From the NCBI GenBank assembly GCA_951406725.2, contig OX597823.1, forward strand, positions 104,408,001 to 104,472,000: a DNA stretch of 64,000 nucleotides, given 5' to 3'. The notes below the pieces were generated by a model. That model was not told the origin of the DNA, made no database searches, and saw only the letters and a list, made by a program, of their open reading frames with translations. The position numbers and the translations under genes are program-made. This document shows positions 50,185 through 61,799 of this stretch, piece by piece. The first letter of the stretch is position 1. Each line of letters starts with the position of its first letter. Source of the DNA: Octopus vulgaris. Its lineage: Eukaryota.

Positions 50185-50830
50185 TATCCAGTCTAATTTT
50201 TGTACATTTCAGCCAATCTACCTCCCTGGATTGGTACTCTCTTTTTTTATTGACTCTGAAAGGGTGAAAGGCAGAGTTGACCGTGGCAGCATTTAAACTC
50301 AAGGGTGCTGAGAGTCAGAACAGATCCTACTACAATGCACTCTACCCAATGTTCTAATGACTGCCAATTAAATTTTTTTTAACATAGTTAATAATCTGTT
50401 TCACTGAAGAGATCTAACAAGATTGAAGCATGTTTAGAATTGTTTGAAATGATTAAAATAATACTAGTAGTAGTAAAATAATTACTAAAATAGTAATTGG
50501 AATAAGGCTGGTGCTGTAGTCAATGGTAAATATCAGTATGGCAAGGGAAGGAGAAAGGATAGGAAACAAGTTAAATAATAGTTTACTATATTTTTAACTT
50601 TAAAATATTTTCTTTTTTTTTTATCTATACTTTTCATTAAAACACGTGATTGAGATTGAGAATGACTGCTGTGTGATATTTAATGTGGTGCTACTGTCTC
50701 TGTTCTTACTGTTATGATTAACAATAGGAAATTAAAAATAAACATGAGTAATACACACACACACACACACACACATACAACATTGGTGATAAGCAGAGAA
50801 AGATAACTGTTAATATTTCAACTTTAGTAA

Positions 50831-51045
50831 GGCAGTGGAGCTGGCAGAATCGTTAGCACGCCAAGTTGAATGCTTGGTGGCATTTTGTCTGTCTTCAGGT
50901 TCCGAGTTCAAATTCCACCATAATCAACTTTGCTTTCCATCCTTTTGGGGTCGATAAAAGAAGTACCAGTTGACCACTGGAGTTGGTGTAATTGATTTAG
51001 TCTCTCCCCTGAAATTGCTGGCCATATGCCAAAATTTGAAACCAA
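50831..51045 (+). mobile_element. SINE family B (short-tail form)
   Basis: ggcagtggagctggcagaatcgttagc..gagttcaaattcc..ggccatatgccaaaatttgaaacc. Confidence 0.85.
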
Positions 51046-51226
51046 TATTTCAGCTTCAGTAGATCATGAATGTAAATTATGTAGAAAATGCCAAAATAGG
51101 TTTCCCTGCTACTATGCATAAGTTTGAACCTGTATATATAATTTTCTCTATCTTAATTGTTGAGCTTTATCATTTGTACCCACATAGGCGTAGGAGTGGC
51201 TGTGTAGTAATAATAATAATAATAAT

Positions 51227-51465
51227 GTAGTTGTAGGTGCATTGGGAACAATTCCTAAAGAACTGAACAGATTGTTAGAGGAAAGCTCCAGAAAACAGTG
51301 TTATTAGGGATAGCTAAGATACTTAGGAGGGTTCTTGGCATCTAAAGTTATTTGCTGTAACCCAATAGGAGGGTTCTTGGTATCTAAGGCTACTTGTTGT
51401 AGCCCGATGTTAGGATCTTTTCTTTTCCAACAGTCTAATCTGTTGTGTGTATATGAAAATAATTA
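51227..51465 (+). mobile_element. 3' end of an R4/Dong-type restriction-like-endonuclease LINE, adjacent to (TAA)n
   Basis: VVVGALGTIPKELNRLLEE..LQKTVLLGIAKILRRVLGI*, preceded by taataataataataat. Confidence 0.75.
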
Positions 51466-51477
51466 TTTTAAACTTTT

Positions 51478-52535
51478 GCCACAAGGACAGCTTGGGGAAG
51501 GTGGGGGTGAGTCAATTACATCGACCCCAGTGTTCAACAGGTACTTATTTTATCAACCCCAAAAGGATGAAAAGCCAAGTCAACTTTGGTGGAATTTGAA
51601 TTCAGATTGGAGCGACAGTTTTCTTTTGATCCACAGGCGCATGCTTAGGGTTGGCCCATTCACTTGGACCATTCTTGCTACATTCAACTACTTTTTAACA
51701 AAATTGAAATGATAATAATAATCCTTTTGACTATAGGCACAAGGCCTGAAATTTTGGGGGAGGGGACAAGTCTATTACATTGACTCCAGTCATCAACTGC
51801 TACTTATTTTATTGACCTCGAAAGGATGAAATGCAAAGCTGACCGTGTCAGAATTTGAACTGAGCATGTAAAAACAGACGAAATGTTGCTAAGCATTTTG
51901 TCCGGTGTGGCAACCACTTTGCCAGCTCACCACCTTATGAAATAATAATAATAATACTATAGGCACAAGGCCTGGAATTTTGCAGGAGGGGACTAGATTA
52001 CACTGACCCCAGTGCTCAACTGGTACTTATTTTATTGACCCTGAAAGGATGAAAGGCTAAGTCAAGCCTGGCAGAATCTGAATTCAGAACGTAAGGACGG
52101 ATGAAATGCTGCCAAGCATTCTGCCCAGCATGCCAATGATTCTGCCAGCTCACCGCCTTATGAAATAATAATAATCCTTTCTACAATAGGCACAAGGCCT
52201 GAAATCTTTTGAGTCAATTACATCAACCCCAGTACAAAACTGGTACTTATTTTAACGGACCTGAAAGGATGAAATGCAAAACTGACTGTGGCGTAATTTG
52301 AACTCACAATGTAAAAAAGTTGCTACTAAGCATTTTGTCCAGTGTACTAACAATTCTGTCAGCTTGGTTTCGAAGGAAGTTGATTACATCAGCCCCAGTG
52401 TTCAACTGGGGCTTATTTTGTTAACTTCAAAAAGAGGAATGGCAAAATTGATGCCAGTGGAATTTGAACTTAGAACATACAGAGCCAGGAGAAATGCTGC
52501 CAAGCAATTTTGTCTGGCAAGGTAATAATTCTGCT
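51478..52535 (-). mobile_element. Head-to-tail array of ~5 SINE family B copies
   Basis: Repeats of aataataat..taggcacaaggcctg..gaaaggatgaaa..gccagctcacc.ccttatg with ~220-bp spacing. Confidence 0.85.
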
Positions 52536-54665
52536 ATTTTGATAACCTCTTTTATTTGACACAAAGGTGTCAAATGAAGGAGACATTACAAGGACAGCTT
52601 ACAGCTTGTTTGTTTGTTCGTGTGTGTGTGTAAGTAATCCACTTAGTAGACTAAATTATATAAAAATATGCAAATTACACAAGTTGCAAATTACAAGATG
52701 GAAAATCTGACACAAGAAAAAAAAATCTTCCCCCTGTCGTTAAAGACATTTTTATCTTTCAGTGAAACTTTTCATGAAAGGAATCTTGAGTGACATGATG
52801 GACTTTTCCCCTCTTATTCTTGTCAGTGATGCAACACAAAACTTATCTCATAATTTTAGTCAAAAGCTGCCTTGTAGTTGCATCATTCAGTAAGTGTTGA
52901 ATGATTTTCAGGATAAAATGGTAAAGAATGAATGCTTCTATTTTTCAAGGCAATAAGACCAATATTATAAAGCTAAAGAAACAATATTGCTTTATAAAAC
53001 AGAAGCAAGCAAGTTTGTGGCTTATACAATTAAATTGTGGCAGTGATAGATATAATATAATTCAGTAATGTTTCCTCACATCAAATATCAGGGCTTATAA
53101 GATGTAGTCATTCATTCATGTATATACTTCTTGTTTGGAAGGCTTCCTGTCGAAGAAAGCCCCTTCATAAAATTACATAAATATAATTACATTAAAAATT
53201 TCAGCCAAAAATTTCGGCAGATGGATTTTGAAGATTATTTTGTGTTTGGTACTTGTATTTACTTTAAGTTTTGGGCAGAACTAATTAGTTTTTATTTTTT
53301 GTTATTTTAAACTTTGAATGCTTATTTAAGAATAAACTTTAATTCAAGTTCTGTATTTAATGGCATGTAAGACATTTTCCCCAACAAAAACTGTCACAAA
53401 TAATCTCCCTGGATCCTATATAGAAAGGCAGGCCTCCCAAAAACTAATTTTGTTACATACTTTAATACACTAAATTTATTTATTTCCCAGAATATGCACT
53501 GCTGAAATTGGGTGTGTCTCGTTTTTGCCAACTTGGGTGTATCTAGTTTTTGCCCATGTTTCTTTTATGCCTTCAATCAAATAAAGTATATTTGCATAAC
53601 ATGCCACTTTGAAGCACAGATTTTGGCCTATTTATTTATGCTAACAGATTTGCTTACGCTGTTTATTCTAGTTTACTTTGTGCAGTGAAATTAAAAATGT
53701 GAGGAAAAAACGTTAATTCAAGCAATTTTACGATAGGTGTTCAAAATGGAATACAAAGCAGAGAAAACTGGTCATGATAACCAACCAAGCATTTGGTCAG
53801 TATTGAGTTCCAAAAATGTTATAGCGGAGATGAGAGCCTTGAAGATATGGGAGGTTATAGACAATCTTATGTGATTGAGAACTACTAAGAGAGGGCCATT
53901 ATTGAAACACCCAAAACAACTCAAGAGGTTACAGAAAAACTAAACAACTACCAGTCAAGAGGTTGTTTGGCATTTGTACCACATAGAAAAGCCAAGAAAT
54001 CTTGAGTGTTGCACGAGCTGAACAAAATGTTTTAGAAATCTTTATGATGTCTACCCAGCATTTTTCTATGCCAGAGAAAAAAAAATCCATTTCATAATCA
54101 CATTGTAACGGTTGATGAAAAATGGATTGTATATGATAACTGATTGCTTTCTGTGGTGAATGGACAGAGGTGAAACAGCAAACCACTTCTCTATATTGAA
54201 GCTGGATCAAAAGAAAGTTGTGATCAGTATTTGGAGGTCAGCAAATGGAGTCCTCCTCTACTATTTCTAGAATCTTGGTGAAATCATTACAGTAGATAAA
54301 TACTGACAAGAAATTGACAGAATCTACCAAGAACTGCATTGTTTGCATCTAGTAATGGTCACTCTAAAAACAGATAAATTCTTTTTCATGACAAAGCCAG
54401 AACATGTCTTGTAAATGATTTTGCAGAAACTAAAACTTTTTTCGAGTTGGCAAAAATGTAATGATTCTAATACTCGTTATTTCAATGAATAAAATTCATT
54501 CTCAGTCAAGATAAATTACTTTAACTCTTTTGATACCAATCCCACCTGAGACTGGCCCTGGTTCTATGATAGAAATTTCCTGTTTTAAAGGGATCTAAAT
54601 TAAAGTCTTCCATCGAATTTTTATGTTAATTTATGTCTAAAATACCAACTTTAGTTATTTTATTA

Positions 54666-56656
54666 TGTTGTGTGGACGCCCCCCCCCCCGACGATAAGTA
54701 GGCTACTCCAATAATATAAATAGTGGACGTGATAGCTAGTCGTAGAAGTGTCGCGTAGAGCAAGCCAGAGCCGTCGGTAGACTAGACGTTGAGTTCTGTT
54801 AAGTCGAGTCGGTGGATGTGAGAGTTTGGTAGTTGAGTAGAGGTATGTTATTGGCGAAGGCATGCCCTCCAAATGTGCGCTATAACAGTGGCGATGAGGT
54901 TTCGAATAGTACCAAATTGGAAGAGTTACTGAAAGCAGTTGTCAAGCAGCAACAGCTGTTAACAGAATTGTTACTGCAGTCAATAAATATGATATTCATT
55001 TTCAGCAAATGGTGTTGCGAATTCCATCGAAGAATTTCACTACAAACCAGATGAAAGAACTACTTTTGCTGCATATTACGGACGATACCAAGACATATTC
55101 CAAGAAGAATGCAAGGGATGGTCTAGTGAAAGGAAGGTAAGACTTCTTTTGTGAAAGCTTGCCCCTCCGGAACATGAAAGTTTTTGTAACTTTATTTTGT
55201 GGAGAAAGCCCGCGGAATTGTGTTTTGATGAAACGATAAATATTTTGACTAATATTTTTAGCGAGAAAAGTTTGCAGTTTAACATTCGGTGGGAATTTTT
55301 TAATTTAAAGAAAAATGAGTCCAATGATTTTGTAACATATGCCAGTATGGTTAATAAGGATTGCGAAAGGTTTAATCTGGAAGAATTAATGCCAGATATG
55401 TTCAAAGTGCCTAATATTTGTTAAAGGGCTGGTGGCACTGGAAGACGTGGAAATTAGAAAAAGAATATTATCAAAGCTGAATCAAGATGTGAATCTAACC
55501 TTGCAGAAAGTGGCTGAGGAATGCCAACAAATAATAAACCTTCGAGAAGATACAAGAAAAATAGATGATAAAGTTTTTGCAGGTCTATAGAATAACACCT
55601 AATCCAAATGCAGAGTCAGGTAGGTTACCCACAGATTGGATGTTTTCCAGAAAAATTCGTTCTATTTTTGATAAATTGTTGCCAAGTACGAGGGGCGTTC
55701 AATAAGTAATGCCCATGACCCACTTGCAGTTGTTTGATCTAGCTGAAAGTGCATGTGCACTTATTTATACCTCTATAGATTAAGTGGCGAATTACAGCTC
55801 TGAACTAATTGTGGTTTCTGATTTACAGGTGTTTGAACTGAGTCAAGTGTGAAATGGAGCCTGTTGAGTGTCGAGCAGTGATCTGGTTTTTGTATTTGAA
55901 AGGACGCACACCACGGGAGACTTTTGATGAAATGAAAGTAACTTATGGTGATGATGCCCCATCATATGACCTTGTAAAACGCTGGCATTGTGAATTCAAA
56001 CATAGTCGGAACTCTGTGGAAACAGCTCCCAGAAAATAGAAAATTCAGGAAGATTGAAATATTTTAATACAGGTGATGAAGTGTATTTAAAATATATAGA
56101 AACGGAAAACAGGACTGGAACAAGGAAGTATAACTGGACGTCTGGGTAACATGATGTACATGGTAAAAGGACCGAACACAGAAGGCATTTAAACCAATTT
56201 AAAAAAAGATATACCAAAAAAATCAAGAGAGGCGAGAGGAACCAATGGATATATGGTATGATTTGTTTGAGGTCCCAGAACCAGAAGCAGAATCGACACG
56301 TAGGTTAAAAAGGAAGAGAAAACCTACAGAAATGATGGAAATTAATGCTAAGAGAAAAAGATATGTCAGTTTCTCACCAAGGAAATAAAATTGATAAATT
56401 CAGGTTTAGAAAAAAAGAAAACTCTCAAAAGGGGGAGGTGTTGCGTGGACGCCCCCAGACGATAAGTAGGCTAGTTCAATATGTATAAATAGTGGACGTA
56501 TTAGCTAGTCGTAGAAGTGTCGCATAGAGTGAGCCGGAGCCTTCGGTAGACTAGATGTTGAGTTCTGTTGAGTCGAGTCATTGGAAGTGAGAGTTTGGTA
56601 GTTGAGTAGAGGTACGTTATTGGCGAAGGCAAGCCATCTGAACGTGCGATATAACA
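54666..56656 (+). mobile_element. Internally deleted Ty3/Gypsy LTR retrotransposon with both LTRs, PBS, PPT and 5-bp TSD
   Basis: 5'LTR 54666-54887 and 3'LTR 56439-56656 (TG..CA). TSD TATTA. PBS tggcgatgagg at 54889. PPT aaaagggggagg at 56427-56438. Gag remnant EEFHYKPD..TFAAYYGRYQDIF..VRLLL; integrase C-terminal remnant RHLNQFKKRY. Confidence 0.93.
55687..56030 (+). mobile_element. 5' part of a second mariner inserted in the LTR element
   Basis: TA|cgaggggcgttcaataagtaatgccc TIR; ORF 55854 MEPVECRAVIWFLYLKG..YGDDAPSY..VKRW..FK is a Mos1-type N-terminal HTH. Confidence 0.88.
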
Positions 56657-58894
56657 TATTAAATTCTTCATTATTTTCAAAATCAATTGAAACCAAGGTA
56701 CTGTGTTTCAACAGGAATATGGTAACAGAAGGCTTAAGTTGATGGTTCAAAATTGCAATTGTTTAAACCACCTTGATATTTACTTTAACCAACCTTGGGA
56801 GGTAAAGAAACATAACTAAATATACAAAACATTTTACTAAAGACCGACTGATTCTGATAGTGCTATGCCCTTATAATTATAACACCTGTAATAGTTGGAA
56901 ATATTTAGAGTATGAGAGGGGGGGAGTTGTCAGCCTGAGGAAATATGTATAGTATGGGGTTATTGTTAGTCTGAGGTATTAGGAAAGGGCATTTGGCCCC
57001 TTATGCACATTTCCTTCCTTAGACGCACTCATCACAGTGATGGTAAGGTATGCTGGTGTTTACATCTTTGAAGTATTTAAGGGATATTAACTTCTATATA
57101 TGAATTTATCAAACAAATATGATAATGAAAGAGTTACTAAATGGATGCTAGAAGTGCTAGAAATAGCAACCTAATCTTCATATCTTATTCTGTCTTAAAA
57201 AAAGAGATGAGGATACATTGTGTAATGTATTTGGCAAACTAGTTGTAATATTTTACTTTCTTAATGACACGAATATTCTCAGGTTTTGGGGTTTGTATTT
57301 TATAATTGACAGAGGCAGTTCTAAATGGTCAAGGATGATTGTTTATCAAATTTAACTTTTATGGGTTCGCATATGAAGATGCAGGCCAATAAAGGAGTCA
57401 CTAGTCCAATTGTAGGCTGGGTATTTGTTATTCTGCATGAAAAGCACTGTATTGGACAACAGCTGCCCCTGTGCCATTCCTAAACGAGGAGCTCTTAAAT
57501 TCCACAATCTTGTTTTTGTTGCTACAAGGTAATTATTATCAGAGGACCTTTGAAAAGAATCTAAGGGATTCCTGGAGCACAGTTTTGTTTAGCAGAGAGA
57601 GACTTTTGCACATCTGTTTCTTAACAATTTTGACCTTTGTTCGATGGCAAAGAACTGAAAACAATTGATGGTAGCAAATCCATTGAAGGAATGTGACAAC
57701 CACACCACCTATTCTGCCGGGTTTCAAATTTTACCATAATTTCTTGGAATGGCAAAAGAAAGTTTGGTAGCACTTGCCTGAGGTGCTGCCTTGATTCTGT
57801 AGAAAGATGGAGTGCTCTAATGTCCCCTTTATTTATGAGTTGGTAGGGAATAGTGTTCTGTACCTTACCCAAACCATTCGTATTTAAGATTCCTGCTAAT
57901 ACCACATAAACATCATTGTAAATAATTTTGTCCTTGTAACTGCAGAGACATTGATTTTTCTTTTTTGTTCCTGTTGGTGCCATGGTTACAATGGCTTTAC
58001 ATATATTTACAATCAGTTCACAACTGAAGTAATTGGTTTTTATTATGGTTGACTGATTTTCTGACAACCACTCACTCATAAAACAGAAGTGGAGCAGGCT
58101 GAGACAAGCAGAGTTATGTACCTTGCTACAAATACACACTTGTAATAATAGTTGCAGTAGTGGTGGTAGTAGTAGTAATAGTAGTTATAGCGGTAGAAGT
58201 AGTAATAAAGATTGCCATTGTAGTAGTAGTAGGAGCAGCAGCAGTAGTAGCATACTCATATATAATCAATAGACTTGCACTTAGCTTACATTCAAACTGG
58301 TATTAATTTTCTGTGAACAATAGTGATCTTGATAGTGGATCTCTAACAGGTAGAATTACCAGTCCTGACGTCAGGTGTGAGAAGGGAGTGCTTGTATAAT
58401 TTAGGAGGAACAAATACCACAAGAGACATTTGTTTAAAAGTAACAGTTTATTACCGATGCTTACTATTTCTCTGATATACTTCAACACGAAATACATACA
58501 TGCACATAAATATATACATTCTTCCTTCTATTACCTTGTTTGAGTTACTGGATTGCAGCCGAGCATTGCCTTGAAGATATATATATACATATCAAAACAG
58601 AAAGTTAAACCTTGTGGACAGCTCGTCAGACTATGCGAAACCTTTGGTAATTCTATGACCAGAATTTAACTTTTGTTTTATTACTGCTCTAGTCTTTTAA
58701 GTGTGCTTCTTTTTCTGCTTTATGTTTTATTGACTATATATATATGTATAGGCATACATACATCATATCATATATATCATCATTATTATTTAACAGGAGC
58801 TGGCCAACTGAAGGGCTACCTGGGCTACATGCTTGTTTTGGCATGGTTTCTATGGCTGGATGTTTTTCCTAACACTAACACACACACACACATA

Positions 58895-59330
58895 TAATAA
58901 TAATGAAAGTATTGTATACAGTGCTCAGGTGCACCGCAACTTGTCAAAAGTGCATATAAAGTATATGCAGTAATGTACAAAAGTGGAAAGTGAACAGTGT
59001 ATGAGTCAGATACATGCTTGCTTGTGTATATGGAGGGGAGAAAATCAGGTGTAGTGTTGGCGAATCTCAGGAAGCATGGAAGTTTTGAAGGATACAGTGC
59101 TCCGACAACAAACAACTGATGCCGACAGTCTGTTCCATGCTTCAGAAACTCTTAGCATGAAAAAATGTTTCCAAAAGTCATAAGAGCCATGCTGTTTTCT
59201 GACTTTGTAAACATGTCCACAGGTGTTAGACAGGTGGAGTTTGAAAAGGTGCTCAGAGTTATTGTTTGTAAGATAGTTACACACATGATGGGCTTCAGCT
59301 TCCATTGATCAAATTTATTTACAAGCCAAA
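58895..59330 (-). mobile_element. 3' end of a CR1-clade LINE
   Basis: FFMLRVSEAWNRLSASVV...ST.SFK is the CR1 C-terminal motif; the UTR ends in an (ATT)n tail. Confidence 0.8.
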
Positions 59331-59343
59331 GTTTAGCCCCGGG

Positions 59344-61799
59344 ATCATCATCATCATCATCATTTAACGTCCGCTTTCCATGCTAGCATGGGTTGGACGG
59401 TTCAACTGGGGTCTGGGGAGCCCGAAGGCTGCACCAGGCCAGTCAGATCTGGCAGTGTTTCTACAGCTGGATGCCCTTCCTAACGCCAACCACTCCGAGA
59501 GTGTAGTGGGTGATTTTATGTGCCACCGACACAGGTGCCAGACGAGGCTGGCGAACGGCCACGCTCGGATGGTGTTTTTATGTGCCACCGACACAGGTGC
59601 CAGACGAGGCTGGCGAACGGCCACGCTCGGATAGTGTTTTTATGTGCCAGACAAGGCTAGCAGACGACCACGCTCGGATGGTGTTTTTTATGTGCCACCG
59701 ACACAGGAGCCAGATGAGGCTGGCGTTTGGCCACGATCGGATGGTGATTGTTACGTGCCCACAGCATGGAGGCCAGTCGGTGCGGTACTGGCTACGGCCA
59801 CGTTCGGATGGTATTCTTGTGTGCCACCGGCACTGGTACCACAAAGATACAAATTCCATTGATGTTCATCTATTTTGATTTTGTTTGATTTTTTGATTTT
59901 CACTTGCCTCAACAGGTCTTCACAAGTGTCACAAGAAGGAAGGTATGCACAGGTGGACTGACTACGTCCCGGGTAGGGGCCACGGGTTATGGCCTGACTA
60001 GTCTTGCCGGGTCTTCTCACGTACAGCATACTTCCAGAGGTCTCGGTCTCTAGTCATTTCCTTGGTGAGACATAAAGTTCGAAGGTCGTGCTTCACCACT
60101 TCGTCCCAGGTTTTCCTGGGTCTACCTCTTCCACAGGTTCCCTCAACTGCTAGGGTGTAGCACTTTTGCACACAACTATCTTCAGCCATTTTCGTCATAT
60201 GACCATACCACCGCAGCCGTCTCTCTTGCACACCACAACTGACGCTTCTTAGGTTCAACTTTTCTCTCAAGGTACTTACACTCTGACGATTATGAACACT
60301 GACATTACACATCCATCGGAGCATACTGGCTTCATTTCTTGCGAGCTTACGCATATCCTCAGCAGTCACGGCCCATGTTTCACTACCATGTAGCATGGCT
60401 GTACGTACACATGCATCATACAGTCTGCCTTTTACTCTGAGCGAGAGGCCTTTTGTCACCAGCAGGGGTAAGAGCTCTCTAAACTTTGCCCAGGCTATTC
60501 TTACTCTAGCAGTTACACTTTCAGCACACCCACCCCCGCTACTGACTTGGTCTCCTAGGTAGCGGAAGCTATCAACTACTTCTAGTTTGTCTCCCTGGAA
60601 TGTGGTAGAAGTTGGTCTCTGCACATTTCCAGTGTTTATTTCTCCTGAGCATCTGCCACATACGAAAACTATCTTCCCAGTTAGCCTACCTTTGACATTG
60701 CTGCACCTCTTATGTGTCCATAGCTTACACTTGGTGCACCTTATAGAGTTTCTACCTACACCTTTTTTACAGATTGAGCAGGGCCATCTACCTGAAGTCG
60801 TTTGTGGTTGGTCCACCTTCCTACTTATTAGGACTTTGCTTTTGGCTAGGTTGATTCTAAGGCCCTTCGATTCTAATCCTTGTTTCCACACCTGAAACTT
60901 CTCCAGTTCTGATAGTGACTCAGCAATTAGAGCAAGGTCATCAGCATAGATAAGCTCCCAGGGGCATCCTGTCTTGAATTCTTCCGTTATTGCCTGGAGG
61001 ACTATGATAAATAGGAGGGGGCTGAGGACTGAACCTTGGTGGACCCCAACCTCTACCCAGAATTCTTCACTGTACTCGTTGCCAACCCTCACCTTACTAG
61101 CAGCGTCTCTGTACATGGCTCGCACAGCTCTCACTAACCATTCATCTATCCCTAGTTTCCTCATTGACCACCAGATAAGGGATCGGGGGACCCTGTCAAA
61201 GGCTTTCTCCAAGTCAACAAAAGCCAGGTACAAGGGCTTACCTTTGGCTAGGTATTTCTCCTGCAGCTGTCTTACCAGGAATATAGCATCAGTAGTACTT
61301 TTCCCTGGCACGAACCCAAACTGCATATCATCTAAGCTAACTCTCTCTCTAATTAATTGGGCTATAACCCTCTCCGTAACCTTCATTACCTGATCCAACA
61401 GCTTGATGCCCCTGTAGTTATTTGTATCTAGGGCGTCACCTTTACCTTTGTAGCAGTTGACTATTATGCTGCTACACCAGTCATTGGGTATGACTCCTTC
61501 GTGTATCACCTGATTAACTATACTGGTGACTATGCTATAGCCGACACTACCAGATATTTCGAGCATCTCTGCAGTAATTCCTGATGGGCCTGGGGCTTTC
61601 CCTGTCTTCATGCTTCTAATTGCCTTAGCTACCACGGAACTATCAACTCGGATAGCTGGTCCCTCTGTTGGGTCAACATTCGGCAGACTCTCTTTATCCC
61701 ATTCATTTTCCTCATTCAGCAACCTTTCTTTGCATCCTCTCTTTGCATCCTCATTTAGCGCAAGTGAACCGTCATCCTTGCGAACACATTTCTCTCCTA
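59344..61799 (-). mobile_element. 5'-truncated RTE-clade LINE (longest copy), 3'UTR tandem repeats, (GAT)n tail
   Basis: KAPGPSGI, YRGIKLL, QFGF, FVDLEKAFD, GVHQGSVLSPLLF, IYADD and FRYLG are present; no endonuclease is present. Confidence 0.96.

Larger units (their letters stand above)
54521..56737. mobile_element. piggyBac-type MITE (TTAA TSD) split by an LTR element
   Basis: TTAA|ctcttttgatacc ... ggtaacagaaggc|TTAA. The two halves align with the intact MITE at 45449-45674 (agttattttatta|aattctt). Confidence 0.8.
53540..56775 (+). mobile_element. Decayed mariner (outer layer of nest; own sequence ~53540-54520 and 56738-56775)
   Basis: IVTVDEKWIVYDN, WRSANGVL.Y.FL..GEIITVDKY and LFHDKAR motifs. 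A mariner-like 3' end gttgatggttcaaaattgcaatt resumes after the insertions. The 5' boundary is uncertain. Confidence 0.75.

Noticed and set aside
57621-58139. 172-aa ORF as a host gene
   Set aside because: No recognisable domain or splice context. The opposite strand has faint LINE-like remnants, too weak to call.
58600-58670. Hammerhead candidate (ctgacgagc on minus, gcgaaac on plus)
   Set aside because: The two core boxes are on opposite strands, so no hammerhead topology is possible.
59500-59840. Repeat-spacer pattern in the LINE 3'UTR as a CRISPR-like array
   Set aside because: The spacers are homologous to each other and the array is part of the LINE UTR in every copy.
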